Position numbers and translations under genes: made by a program
Notes under the pieces: generated by a model
Told to the model about the DNA's origin: nothing
What the model saw: only the letters and a program-made list of their open reading frames with translations
The model's database searches: none
Shown: piece by piece, positions 1-8,516 of the stretch
Layout: each line of letters begins with the position of its first letter
How positions within the stretch are numbered: position 1 is the stretch's first letter
Origin: an uncultured cyanobacterium
GTDB taxonomy: Bacteria > Cyanobacteriota > Cyanobacteriia > Cyanobacteriales > Microcystaceae
Direction: 5' to 3'
DNA length: 13,713 nucleotides
Assembly: GCA_963807635.1 (NCBI GenBank)
Contig: CAWEDJ010000101.1
Coordinates: 1 to 13,713, forward strand

Positions 1-26
1 TGCTGCGAATAATTCATGACACTAAC
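1..26. mobile_element. Possible terminal end of an IS inserted into the transposase remnant
   Basis: Transposase-like coding (WKSLF...CFLH) starts at about nt 27. Upstream, the frame reads LRIIHDTN instead of the TDGW...AW-type segment I recall for this family. The reverse complement GTTAGTGTCATGAATTATTCGCAGCA resembles G(G/T)TAGTGTC-type ends of IS1/IS256-like elements. Confidence 0.3.
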
Positions 27-612
27 TGGAAATCCCTCTTTTCTGGTATCATCTTCATTCTCTGTTTTTTACATGAAGTTCTCAAAATCAGAAATATCTG
101 TCGCTCTAAAGGCAGTCTGTGTAACACCCTAACTCAAAAACGCTGGTTCATTTATCATGCTTCCTATAAAAGAGAATTTGCCCAACGATTGAGACGTTTT
201 CTCGAATGGGTTAAGCAATCTCAGGTTGCCGAGTTTATTGTCCAGAAGTTACGCCGCATTCGGACGAAATCTCGTCTTTATCAAGCGGCTTTCGCCTTTC
301 CTGACGCTTATCGTACCAGTAACCAAGTTAACCGTCCGATGAATTATTTTGACCGCATATTCTATTCTATGCAGTATTTTCACGGTTCTTTGTCTTCTGC
401 TCAACTTACTGTCCGTTCTATGGCAATTCTATGGAATTTCCATCCTTTTTATCGTAAAACTCGTTCTCAGAAGCAAGGGGGGTCTTTCTCCTTTTGAAGA
501 GCTTAATGGTTTTCGCTACCATGACAATTGGCTTCGTAATCTTTTGATTGCTTCTTCTCTTAATGGTCGCCGTCCTCTCTTTTTCGATAAACACAAACTT
601 GTTCGGAACTAG
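27..612 (+). pseudogene. Truncated, frameshifted transposase (Mutator/IS256-superfamily-like, C-terminal half)
   Basis: The frame is open from nt 3: WKSLFSGIIFILCFLHEVLKIR...YHASYKREFAQRLRR...FPDAYRTSNQVNR...QYFHG...AILWNFHP. It has a CxxH motif and a TSN motif. Removing one G from the G6 run at 477-482 joins it to LSPFEELNGFRYHDNWLRNLLIASSLNG (ORF 349..612). There are no HIP1 sites in this stretch. Confidence 0.7.
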
Positions 613-623
613 GATTTTTCAAG

Positions 624-1400
624 ATGACTTTGATTGAAAATTGTTTTTGGGTGATTGGGGGAACGAGTGAAAGTGTGATAGTTGCCCATGCGATCGCGGA
701 GAAAAATTTTTCTTGTATGGTGACGGTAACGACGGCTGATGCGGTGAAACTTTATCCTGTTCTGCCCAATTTACAGATTCGAGTCGGTCAGCTAAAGGAT
801 TTTCAAATTTATGAGTTTATTCAACAGGAAAAAATCATCGCCATTATTGATGCTTCCCATCCCTACGCGATCGCCATTTCCGAAACCGTGATTAAAATTG
901 CCCAAAGTTTACAAATTCCCTATTTACGCTACGAACGAGCCGCCTTATCACTGAATAACAATATTACGGAGTTAGAAAATTTTGAAACGCTTTTAACCGA
1001 AAATTATTTAACGAATCAACGGGTTTTATTAACAGTTGGCTATAAAATTTTACCCAGGTTTAAAATATGGCAATCTCAAGCGGTTTTATTTGCGAGAATT
1101 TTACCGAGTCTTGAATCGCTTAAAGTTGCTCTAGAGTCGGGATTTACCAGCGATCGCTTAATTGCTATTCGTCCACCGATTAGTCTTGATTTGGAAAAAG
1201 CCCTCTGGCAGCAATGGAATATTTCTTTAGTGATTAGTAAAGCCTCTGGACAAGCGGGAGGGGAAGAGATTAAACAAAGAGTTTCTCAGCTATTAGGAAT
1301 CCCTTTAATTATCATTGCTCGCCCAAAAGTTGATTATCCTCAGCAAACGAATAATTTGAATGAAGTTTTAAGATTTTGTTACCAGTATTATTTAAATTAA
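624..1400 (+). CDS. cobK: Cobalt-precorrin-6A / precorrin-6x reductase (CobK/CbiJ)
   Basis: 258 aa with the family motifs IGGTSES, IIDASHPYA, IPYLRYER, ARILP, ISKASGQAGGE and IIIARP. Confidence 0.95.
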   Translation: MTLIENCFWVIGGTSESVIVAHAIAEKNFSCMVTVTTADAVKLYPVLPNLQIRVGQLKDFQIYEFIQQEKIIAIIDASHPYAIAISETVIKIAQSLQIPYLRYERAALSLNNNITELENFETLLTENYLTNQRVLLTVGYKILPRFKIWQSQAVLFARILPSLESLKVALESGFTSDRLIAIRPPISLDLEKALWQQWNISLVISKASGQAGGEEIKQRVSQLLGIPLIIIARPKVDYPQQTNNLNEVLRFCYQYYLN

Positions 1401-1401
1401 T

Positions 1402-1965
1402 TTATTCTAGCAACCAATTAAAAATATCTCCCACTGTTAACTGTAAATTATTCGCAAAATCTGGAACAGGAAGCAATTGTTCTGGTTGATCTAGCCAATC
1501 CAAAGATTGATTCGGGTAAAAAATCAATATTGCTTTTTCTTTGGGATCAATTAACCAACCTAATTGGGTTCCATGTTTGAGACTATGAAGAATTTTAGCA
1601 ATAACTTTAGTAGAGCGTTGTTCAGGAGAAAGTATTTCAATCATCCAGTCAGGCGCGATCGCGAAAAGATTAGCGATACTACCATCTTCATTACGGGGAA
1701 TCCTATTCCAACTGAAAATAGAAACATCTGGCACAATGGCTCTATTTGCAAAAACACACCGTAATTCTGGAAAAGCTCTCGCAATTTTTTGCGGCTTAGT
1801 AATTGCATTAATCGCTATAATTAATTCACCTTGAATGGTGCTATGTTCACCTTGGGGCATAGATTTTTGGATAATTGTACCATCAATATATTCGCTGGCT
1901 GGTTTGGTTTCAGGTTCAGCCAGAAATGCTTCTAGAGTTAATTCTTTAGATAGGGCTTGTACCAT
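1402..1965 (-). CDS. Uma2 family (DUF820) putative endonuclease
   Basis: 187 aa with the typical cyanobacterial Uma2 pattern LTLEAFL.EPETKPASEYIDG, PELRC, VPDVS, APDWMIEILSP and GWLIDP. Confidence 0.93.
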   Translation of the reverse strand: MVQALSKELTLEAFLAEPETKPASEYIDGTIIQKSMPQGEHSTIQGELIIAINAITKPQKIARAFPELRCVFANRAIVPDVSIFSWNRIPRNEDGSIANLFAIAPDWMIEILSPEQRSTKVIAKILHSLKHGTQLGWLIDPKEKAILIFYPNQSLDWLDQPEQLLPVPDFANNLQLTVGDIFNWLLE

Positions 1966-2008
1966 TAGAACTTTAAAAAATATAACAATGTAAGCTAATT
2001 ATAATAAA

Positions 2009-3925
2009 TTATCCAGGATTTTGGCCAATGCGTTGTTGATTGAGAGTTTCTATTTCCTGTTTAGATTTCAGAAATTCTTGATAATAATATTGTGAACGTT
2101 CAATATCATTGATTCGATTAAACTCTTGGCATTTTTCTAAACAATAACGAGAATATTGCTCAACAGAAATTTTTTCAATAGCCGCGATCGCACTAGGAAT
2201 GCTCATAGAGGCTCGAAAAATATCTTCATTATCATTTTCAGACAAGAAAAATAATCTTTGAACTTGTTTCATTTGTTCGGGATATTGCAGATAGATATCT
2301 TGTAATAGAGAAAATAAACGATTATGGGGATCGCGTCCTAAATCAACAGAATCTTGAATTTCTAGAATTTTTTGCCATAAAAAGCGATGATGAGATTGGC
2401 TAAACATTAAGTTTCTTTCTTCTAATTGTCGAATAATTTCCTGTCTATATTCTGAGCAATGCAAATAAATTTGTAATAGTAAAACTTCTGACTTTACTAA
2501 TAAACTATCAGGGTTAAATTTTGGAAATGTTTGGTCTTTATTTTTTTGACGTTTAGTAATAATATCTGAACTACCATTAGTTTGATCTAACAAGCTACTA
2601 ACTTGAATCGGTAATAATCGAGTATCGCCTTGACTTAATATTTCAGCACAGTATTGTAGATAATAAGTGCGTTGATTACTATCTTCTAATTGTTTTAATA
2701 ACTGAATCATTCCCTTCCCAACTTGTTCAAAATGATCGGCTTTTTTCAGATTTTTATTGACTAAAAGTTGTTGAATTTGCCAATCAAACCAAAGGGGAGC
2801 TTCTGTAATTAATGCTTGATATTGTTGAATACTTTCAGAACTAGATTTTAAAAATTCATCGGCATCCTTTCCTTCGGGTAAATTCAACACTCGCAAATTC
2901 ACTTGACCGCTATAAATTAAAGGTTCAATTTCTCCGATCGCGCGTTGGGTGGCTTTGGTTCCTGCTTTATCGGCATCAAAGTTAAAAATCACCTGTTTTG
3001 AGTCGGTATAGCGCAATAATAATTTCAATTGATCCTTACTAAAGGCGGTTCCTAAAGCCGCGATCGCGTGGGTAAAACCTGCGGCATGGAGGGCAATCAC
3101 ATCAAAATAACCTTCAACAACGATAGCTTGATCCTGTTTTTGGATACTATTTTTGGCTTTATCTAAACCAAACAAAGTTTTACCTTTATCAAACAAAGGC
3201 GTTTCAGGAGAGTTTAAATATTTGGGTTCATCGGTTCCCAATGTCCGACTGCCAAAGCCAATTACTCTTCCTTGAATATCCTGAATGGGGATCATGAGGC
3301 GATCACGAAATTGGTCATAATAGCCGTTATTCGTTTTACGGAGTTTAATCAAGCCAGCCTGTTCAACTAAGGCCAGAGGATAATGTTTTTGTTCGACTAA
3401 ATAACGATAGAGCGTTTCCCAACCCTCGGGCGAGTAACCTAATTGAAATTGTTGAATGATTTCTGGTTTTAATCCTCTTTTTTCTTTAAGATAATTAAGG
3501 GCTTTTTCTCCTTGGGATTGATACAGAACGTGTTGATAAAATGCGGTAGTAACGGCTAAAATTTCGTAGAGTTGTTCCCGTTGGGAAAGTTGACGTTGGA
3601 GTTCTTTTTTTTGTTCAGGTTCTAACGTTTTAATGGGGACTTGATAACGATTGGCTAATTCTAAAACCACATCTCCAAAGGATCTTTTTCCTAATTCCAT
3701 CAAAAATTTAAAGGTATTACCACCCTGTCCGCAACCAAAGCAATAATAGACTTGTTTTGTTGGGCTTACGCTAAAACTCGGTGATTTTTCATCATGAAAG
3801 GGGCATAATCCAGAATAATCTTTTCCCTTTTTTTTGAGTACGACATATTCGGAGATGACATCAACGATATCAACTCGTTCTTTGATTTCTTCGATGGTAT
3901 CAGGGTGAAGACGAGGAATTTCCAT
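2009..3925 (-). CDS. dnaG: DNA primase
   Basis: 638 aa with a CHC2 zinc finger (CPFHDEKSPSF...CFGC), FRDRLMIPI, PKYLNSPET and the TOPRIM motifs VEGYFDV, FDADKAG and KDADE. Confidence 0.98.
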   Translation of the reverse strand: MEIPRLHPDTIEEIKERVDIVDVISEYVVLKKKGKDYSGLCPFHDEKSPSFSVSPTKQVYYCFGCGQGGNTFKFLMELGKRSFGDVVLELANRYQVPIKTLEPEQKKELQRQLSQREQLYEILAVTTAFYQHVLYQSQGEKALNYLKEKRGLKPEIIQQFQLGYSPEGWETLYRYLVEQKHYPLALVEQAGLIKLRKTNNGYYDQFRDRLMIPIQDIQGRVIGFGSRTLGTDEPKYLNSPETPLFDKGKTLFGLDKAKNSIQKQDQAIVVEGYFDVIALHAAGFTHAIAALGTAFSKDQLKLLLRYTDSKQVIFNFDADKAGTKATQRAIGEIEPLIYSGQVNLRVLNLPEGKDADEFLKSSSESIQQYQALITEAPLWFDWQIQQLLVNKNLKKADHFEQVGKGMIQLLKQLEDSNQRTYYLQYCAEILSQGDTRLLPIQVSSLLDQTNGSSDIITKRQKNKDQTFPKFNPDSLLVKSEVLLLQIYLHCSEYRQEIIRQLEERNLMFSQSHHRFLWQKILEIQDSVDLGRDPHNRLFSLLQDIYLQYPEQMKQVQRLFFLSENDNEDIFRASMSIPSAIAAIEKISVEQYSRYCLEKCQEFNRINDIERSQYYYQEFLKSKQEIETLNQQRIGQNPG

Positions 3926-3958
3926 TTAGGTTTTGTTAAAGAGCAAACAGATGTTAAA

Positions 3959-3981
3959 GGGCGAACGCAATTCGCCCCTAC
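3959..3981 (-). repeat. GTAG-family REP-like palindrome
   Basis: The minus strand reads GTAG-GGGCGAA-TTGCG-TTCGCCC: a GTAG tetranucleotide followed by a 7-bp GC-rich hairpin. Confidence 0.8.
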
Positions 3982-4000
3982 TCAGTTTTTTACGTTTTTT

Positions 4001-4023
4001 GTAGGGGCGCAAGGCTTGCGCCC
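4001..4023 (+). repeat. GTAG-family REP-like palindrome
   Basis: GTAG-GGGCGCAA-GGC-TTGCGCCC: a GTAG tetranucleotide followed by an 8-bp hairpin, inverted relative to the copy at 3959..3981. Confidence 0.8.
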
Positions 4024-4048
4024 AAAAGTAACTTGCGTCCAAAAGTAA
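4015..4048 (+). repeat. 17-bp tandem duplication of the REP 3' arm plus flank
   Basis: CTTGCGCCCAAAAGTAA followed by CTTGCGTCCAAAAGTAA (1 mismatch). Confidence 0.85.
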
Positions 4049-4094
4049 CCATTTTAACTATTGATATCATTTATCGAAAAGAGCAAAATAACTT

Positions 4095-4376
4095 TTAAAC
4101 AGGTTTATTCGGTAAAGCCATCAAAATAAAGACAGCGATCGCACCTAAAAGAATCGTTGAAATAATCCCCACCAAAGTCCAAACTAAGATCCAAATTAAT
4201 CTCCAAATTTGGGTACATTGAAAATCCTTAATCGTTCTAACTTCTTCTTCTAATTGATCAACTTTAATGGTGAGCGTTGCCACACTAACCTGAATATTAT
4301 TGAGACCATCTAATTTTTGGTCGATGCTATTTAAAATATCTTTAATATCTTTCTCAACCGTTAACGGTGTTTCCAT
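4095..4376 (-). CDS. Small coiled-coil protein with C-terminal transmembrane segment (XhlA-like hypothetical)
   Basis: ATG at 4376 follows the RBS AGGGGGAG. The N-terminal half has a heptad pattern (IDQKLDGLNNIQVSVATLTIKVDQLEEEV) and the tail is hydrophobic (IWRLIWILVWTLVGII...). Confidence 0.75.
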   Translation of the reverse strand: METPLTVEKDIKDILNSIDQKLDGLNNIQVSVATLTIKVDQLEEEVRTIKDFQCTQIWRLIWILVWTLVGIISTILLGAIAVFILMALPNKPV

Positions 4377-4394
4377 CAATTTCTCCCCCTAAAC

Positions 4395-4676
4395 TTAACT
4401 TTCTTCCATATTAACGGATGCTTCAGTAGACTCCATCGACTCAGCCGTTAAGACCATCGGCTCAGGTTCAATAATCACCGCCGTTTGCATCAAATTTTCA
4501 TTAGAAGGAGCCTGATTAAACAATAAACCCATACCCCGATCATAATTAGACGCGATCGCCAAAAAAGCCCCCGCTAAAACATAGATCGGTAGAGGCAACA
4601 TTACCCCCTTGAGCCATTGAAATAATTCCACTGCCCCGAATAGGACAAAAATCGTCAAAATCAAAAATTGAAACAT
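4395..4676 (-). CDS. Hypothetical small membrane protein
   Basis: Strong RBS GAGGAGG, two hydrophobic segments (ELFQWLKGVMLPLPIYVLAGAFLAIASNY) and an acidic tail. Confidence 0.8.
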   Translation of the reverse strand: MFQFLILTIFVLFGAVELFQWLKGVMLPLPIYVLAGAFLAIASNYDRGMGLLFNQAPSNENLMQTAVIIEPEPMVLTAESMESTEASVNMEES

Positions 4677-4690
4677 TTTCTTACCTCCTC

Positions 4691-4723
4691 AAATAAAAAA
4701 CCGTGAGAGCCAATACCCCCACG
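4691..4723 (-). terminator. Intrinsic terminator downstream of prk
   Basis: The minus strand reads CGTGGGGG-TATTGG-CTCTCACG-GTTTTTTATTT: an 8-bp stem with 2 G.U pairs and a U tract. Confidence 0.7.
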
Positions 4724-4753
4724 ATTCAAAGACGATCAATCATTCATTTTGGT

Positions 4754-5752
4754 TTACGCGATCGCAGGAACTTTTGCATTAACAGTCAACTGTTCATAAA
4801 CTTCCCGCATTTTTAGACCGACTAAAACCTGAAATAAACCCGTCCCATTGTCCGATCCAGGATATTCCTTATGTTTAATCAGTAAATGGGTCATTTCGCC
4901 ATAATACTTGGTTCCCGTCTTGCTCAGATGACTTTCCACATAGATCATCTCTTCCAAATTATCAAACTTACCATCCACCTCTAGGATCGAAACCTCGTTC
5001 CCCATAAAGTTATCAGGGCCGTAATACATCTTCAATCCAGGATAGGTACAGGTCAACTTACGACCACAGGGCCGCCAATCAATGGTAGATCCTTCATCAA
5101 AAAGATAGGCAGGTTCAAAGAATTTAACCGAATCTTTCTGAATCAGACGAACCCGTAGCAACTTGCTTTCCTTGTCGTCAATCAATTTGGTCGGCAACAC
5201 CTGGATTACCACATCCGCGTATTGCTTCTGGACTTCGATATAGGCCGTAAAATCGGGTTTTCTCGCATTAATAGAGGCAATCACATCAGCGTAGGTGTGA
5301 CCCCGTTCCTCCATATCCCGTTGAATTTTCCAATTAACCTTAACTTCGTCACTAATATCGAGATAAACACTAAAATCAATCAGTTTTCTAACTCTTTCAT
5401 CAAATAGAGGATGTAGCCCCTCAATGACAATCACCTTATTCGGCTCAACCTTTTCAGGAGGATCAAGTAATCCTGTTTCGTGGTTATAAATGGGTTTCAT
5501 GATGGAGCGACCCTCTTTGAGCGATTTAATTTGCTCATACATCAGGTCAAAATTATTCGCCTTGGGATCAAGGGCTGTAACTCCCGCCGCTTTTCTGCCA
5601 TTACGATCCAAGCTATGATAATCATCCAAACAGATGACTGTCATAAACTCTTCGCCAAATAAATCGGTCAAACGGCGCAAAAAGGTTGATTTACCGCAAC
5701 CCGAATCTCCAGCAACGCCGATAAGAACCACGCTGTCAGTTTGAGTGGTCAT
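4754..5752 (-). CDS. prk: Phosphoribulokinase
   Basis: 332 aa with the Walker A motif IGVAGDSGCGKSTF, VICLDDYH, WKIQRDM and WRPCGRKLTC. It is divergent from petH, a common cyanobacterial arrangement. Confidence 0.98.
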   Translation of the reverse strand: MTTQTDSVVLIGVAGDSGCGKSTFLRRLTDLFGEEFMTVICLDDYHSLDRNGRKAAGVTALDPKANNFDLMYEQIKSLKEGRSIMKPIYNHETGLLDPPEKVEPNKVIVIEGLHPLFDERVRKLIDFSVYLDISDEVKVNWKIQRDMEERGHTYADVIASINARKPDFTAYIEVQKQYADVVIQVLPTKLIDDKESKLLRVRLIQKDSVKFFEPAYLFDEGSTIDWRPCGRKLTCTYPGLKMYYGPDNFMGNEVSILEVDGKFDNLEEMIYVESHLSKTGTKYYGEMTHLLIKHKEYPGSDNGTGLFQVLVGLKMREVYEQLTVNAKVPAIA

Positions 5753-5982
5753 AACTTTCCTCTAAATGCAAAACTGATTGTTAACTCTGGTTTTAACTGC
5801 AAACAAGCATTCTCTCTCACAAAGAGAGACAGCCCAAAAGTGATGAATTTAGGAATCTTTCGTGCAGTTTGCCACAAACTTTCAGGTTTTCCCAAAAAGC
5901 GATCGCAGCGATGACCATCCGCAAGACCCAAAAATAAAATTCAGCTAAATTCTAGATATTGACTACTGATCTTAGCAGAACG

Positions 5983-5996
5983 GTATTCCCTTCTAC
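5983..5996. promoter_or_regulatory. NtcA-consensus-like site GTA-N8-TAC in the prk/petH intergenic region
   Basis: GTA TTCCCTTC TAC. There is no TAN3T box at the canonical ~22-nt spacing; the nearest is a minus-strand TAGAAT at 5949-5954. Confidence 0.35.
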
Positions 5997-6060
5997 AAGA
6001 TTTATCCAGCATCAGGTCGATGCAACCCAAACGATAAATCACAAAATGATGCCAGTTTAG

Positions 6061-7458
<1,398 letters not shown>

Positions 7459-7485
7459 GTTTAATTGTCAATATCAAAAATTTTC

Positions 7486-7519
7486 CTCCCTGAATTTCTT
7501 TTTTTGGGGAGTTTTTTTT
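7486..7519 (+). terminator. Intrinsic terminator downstream of petH
   Basis: Stem CTCCCTGAA...TTTGGGGAG followed by T8, starting 28 nt after the stop. Confidence 0.7.
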
Positions 7520-7552
7520 ATTTTGTAATAGCAGAGTTGAAAATTTAAACAA

Positions 7553-7600
7553 CGGCGATCGCCTTCTCAAAAATCATTAAAAAAGTTTATGATGGAATAA
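7553..7600 (+). repeat. 48-bp direct repeat, copy 1 (HIP1 plus promoter-like sequence)
   Basis: CGGCGATCGCCTTCTCAAAAATCATTAAAAAAGTTTATGATGGAATAA, identical to 7821..7868. Confidence 0.95.
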
Positions 7601-7623
7601 ATAATTAAAAGATTTATTCTAAT

Positions 7624-7848
7624 ATGGACAAAAATACTAAAAAAATCTACAATTACACCGTTATTTTGGAAAAAGAGTCAGATGGGGGCTATCATGCTTT
7701 TTGTCCCATTCTTAAAGGTTGTCATTCTCAAGGAGATACTTTTGAAGAAACCATTGAAAATGTCACAGAAGCGATTGAATTGTATCTTGAAAGTTTGATG
7801 GCAGACATTAAAAAATTAATCGGCGATCGCCTTCTCAAAAATCATTAA
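7624..7848 (+). CDS. hicB: HicB-family antitoxin (orphan; C-terminus encoded by repeat copy 2)
   Basis: YTVILEKESDGGYHAFCPILKGCHSQGDTFEETIENVTEAIELYLE is a HicB-like RNase H fold signature. No hicA is adjacent. Confidence 0.85.
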   Translation: MDKNTKKIYNYTVILEKESDGGYHAFCPILKGCHSQGDTFEETIENVTEAIELYLESLMADIKKLIGDRLLKNH

Positions 7849-7868
7849 AAAAGTTTATGATGGAATAA
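7821..7868 (+). repeat. 48-bp direct repeat, copy 2
   Basis: Identical to 7553..7600 and overlaps the 3' end and stop codon of hicB. Confidence 0.95.
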
Positions 7869-7927
7869 TTAAAATAATGAAGAACTCTTACAAAAAAATT
7901 TCTAGTTGAAATCTACATTTATGAGTC

Positions 7928-8185
7928 TTAATCTCCATAGTGAGACTTGGCGCGAATAATTAAAATAGTTTTTTCTAATTCAAAAATCTCATACAAAATT
8001 CTATCTTTCAAATTTAAACGATATGACCGCAAACCAGCCAAATTGCCCTTTAATGATTTGCCTAAATAGGGATTTTTAGATAAAACCTCAGTCAAGATTT
8101 CTTGAAGTTTAGTTTTTTGTCTGGACGTAAGTTCTGCAATATCTCTTTGGGCTTGCTTAGAAAACTGAAACTGATAACTTTCCAT
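7928..8185 (-). CDS. Type II toxin, RelE/ParE (YoeB/Txe-like) superfamily
   Basis: 85 aa basic protein: YQFQFSKQAQRDI...NPYLGKSLKGNLAGLRSYRLNLKDRILYEI...IIRAKSHYGD. It starts 1 nt after the antitoxin stop. Confidence 0.88.
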   Translation of the reverse strand: MESYQFQFSKQAQRDIAELTSRQKTKLQEILTEVLSKNPYLGKSLKGNLAGLRSYRLNLKDRILYEIFELEKTILIIRAKSHYGD

Positions 8186-8186
8186 T

Positions 8187-8450
8187 CTAGTAACTTAAGA
8201 CCCAAAGACTTGATCTTATTGTTAAGGTTTCATTGTTAGCATATTCTCGACGGGCCGATTCGACATCGTTAATAATATTAGGAATTTGTAACCATTCAGT
8301 CGTTTCTACTAAAGCTTCCCAATCTGCTTGAGATAATAAAATAAAGTCCTGATCGCCTCGGCTGATTTTAATTCCCTGTGGCTCTTGAACTGTGCGATCG
8401 CATAACTCGTCTAAGTGACTTTTGGCGTAATCAACTGTAACTTGATACAT
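8187..8450 (-). CDS. Type II antitoxin, Phd/YefM family (possible 1-bp insertion near the C-terminus)
   Basis: VTVDYAKSHLDELCDRT...IKISR...FILLSQADWEALVET matches the Phd/YefM pattern. It lies directly upstream of the toxin, with a candidate -10 TACAAT at 8490-8495. Confidence 0.85.
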   Translation of the reverse strand: MYQVTVDYAKSHLDELCDRTVQEPQGIKISRGDQDFILLSQADWEALVETTEWLQIPNIINDVESARREYANNETLTIRSSLWVLSY

Positions 8451-8516
8451 AATATTCTTTAAAAGAGAGCATAGGATAACTAAGTCTTTATTGTATGCCT
8501 AACTTCATAAATCTCT

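Noticed and set aside
349..612. ORF 349..612 as an independent gene
   Set aside because: Only its part after about nt 480 is protein-like, and that part is the frameshifted tail of the transposase.
1564..1764. 66-aa plus-strand ORF
   Set aside because: Antisense shadow inside the Uma2 gene with no recognisable motif.
1402..3925. dnaG plus Uma2 nuclease as a primase-nuclease defence or replication system
   Set aside because: dnaG is the ordinary housekeeping primase, and Uma2 genes are highly multicopy and scattered in cyanobacteria. Uma2 has its own candidate -10 (TATAAT, 1998-2003, minus strand).
5222..5662. Two short plus-strand ORFs (5222..5407, 5480..5662)
   Set aside because: Antisense to prk; shadow ORFs.
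5749..5931. 60-aa upstream ORF whose TGA overlaps the prk ATG (possible leader peptide)
   Set aside because: TTG start, no evident RBS and no recognisable protein features. The ATGA overlap can arise by chance; Ribo-seq would be needed to revive it.
7553..7868. Direct repeats as a CRISPR array or integron attC sites
   Set aside because: Only two copies with a 220-bp gene-containing interval. There are no cas or integrase genes and no attC-type R/L box structure.
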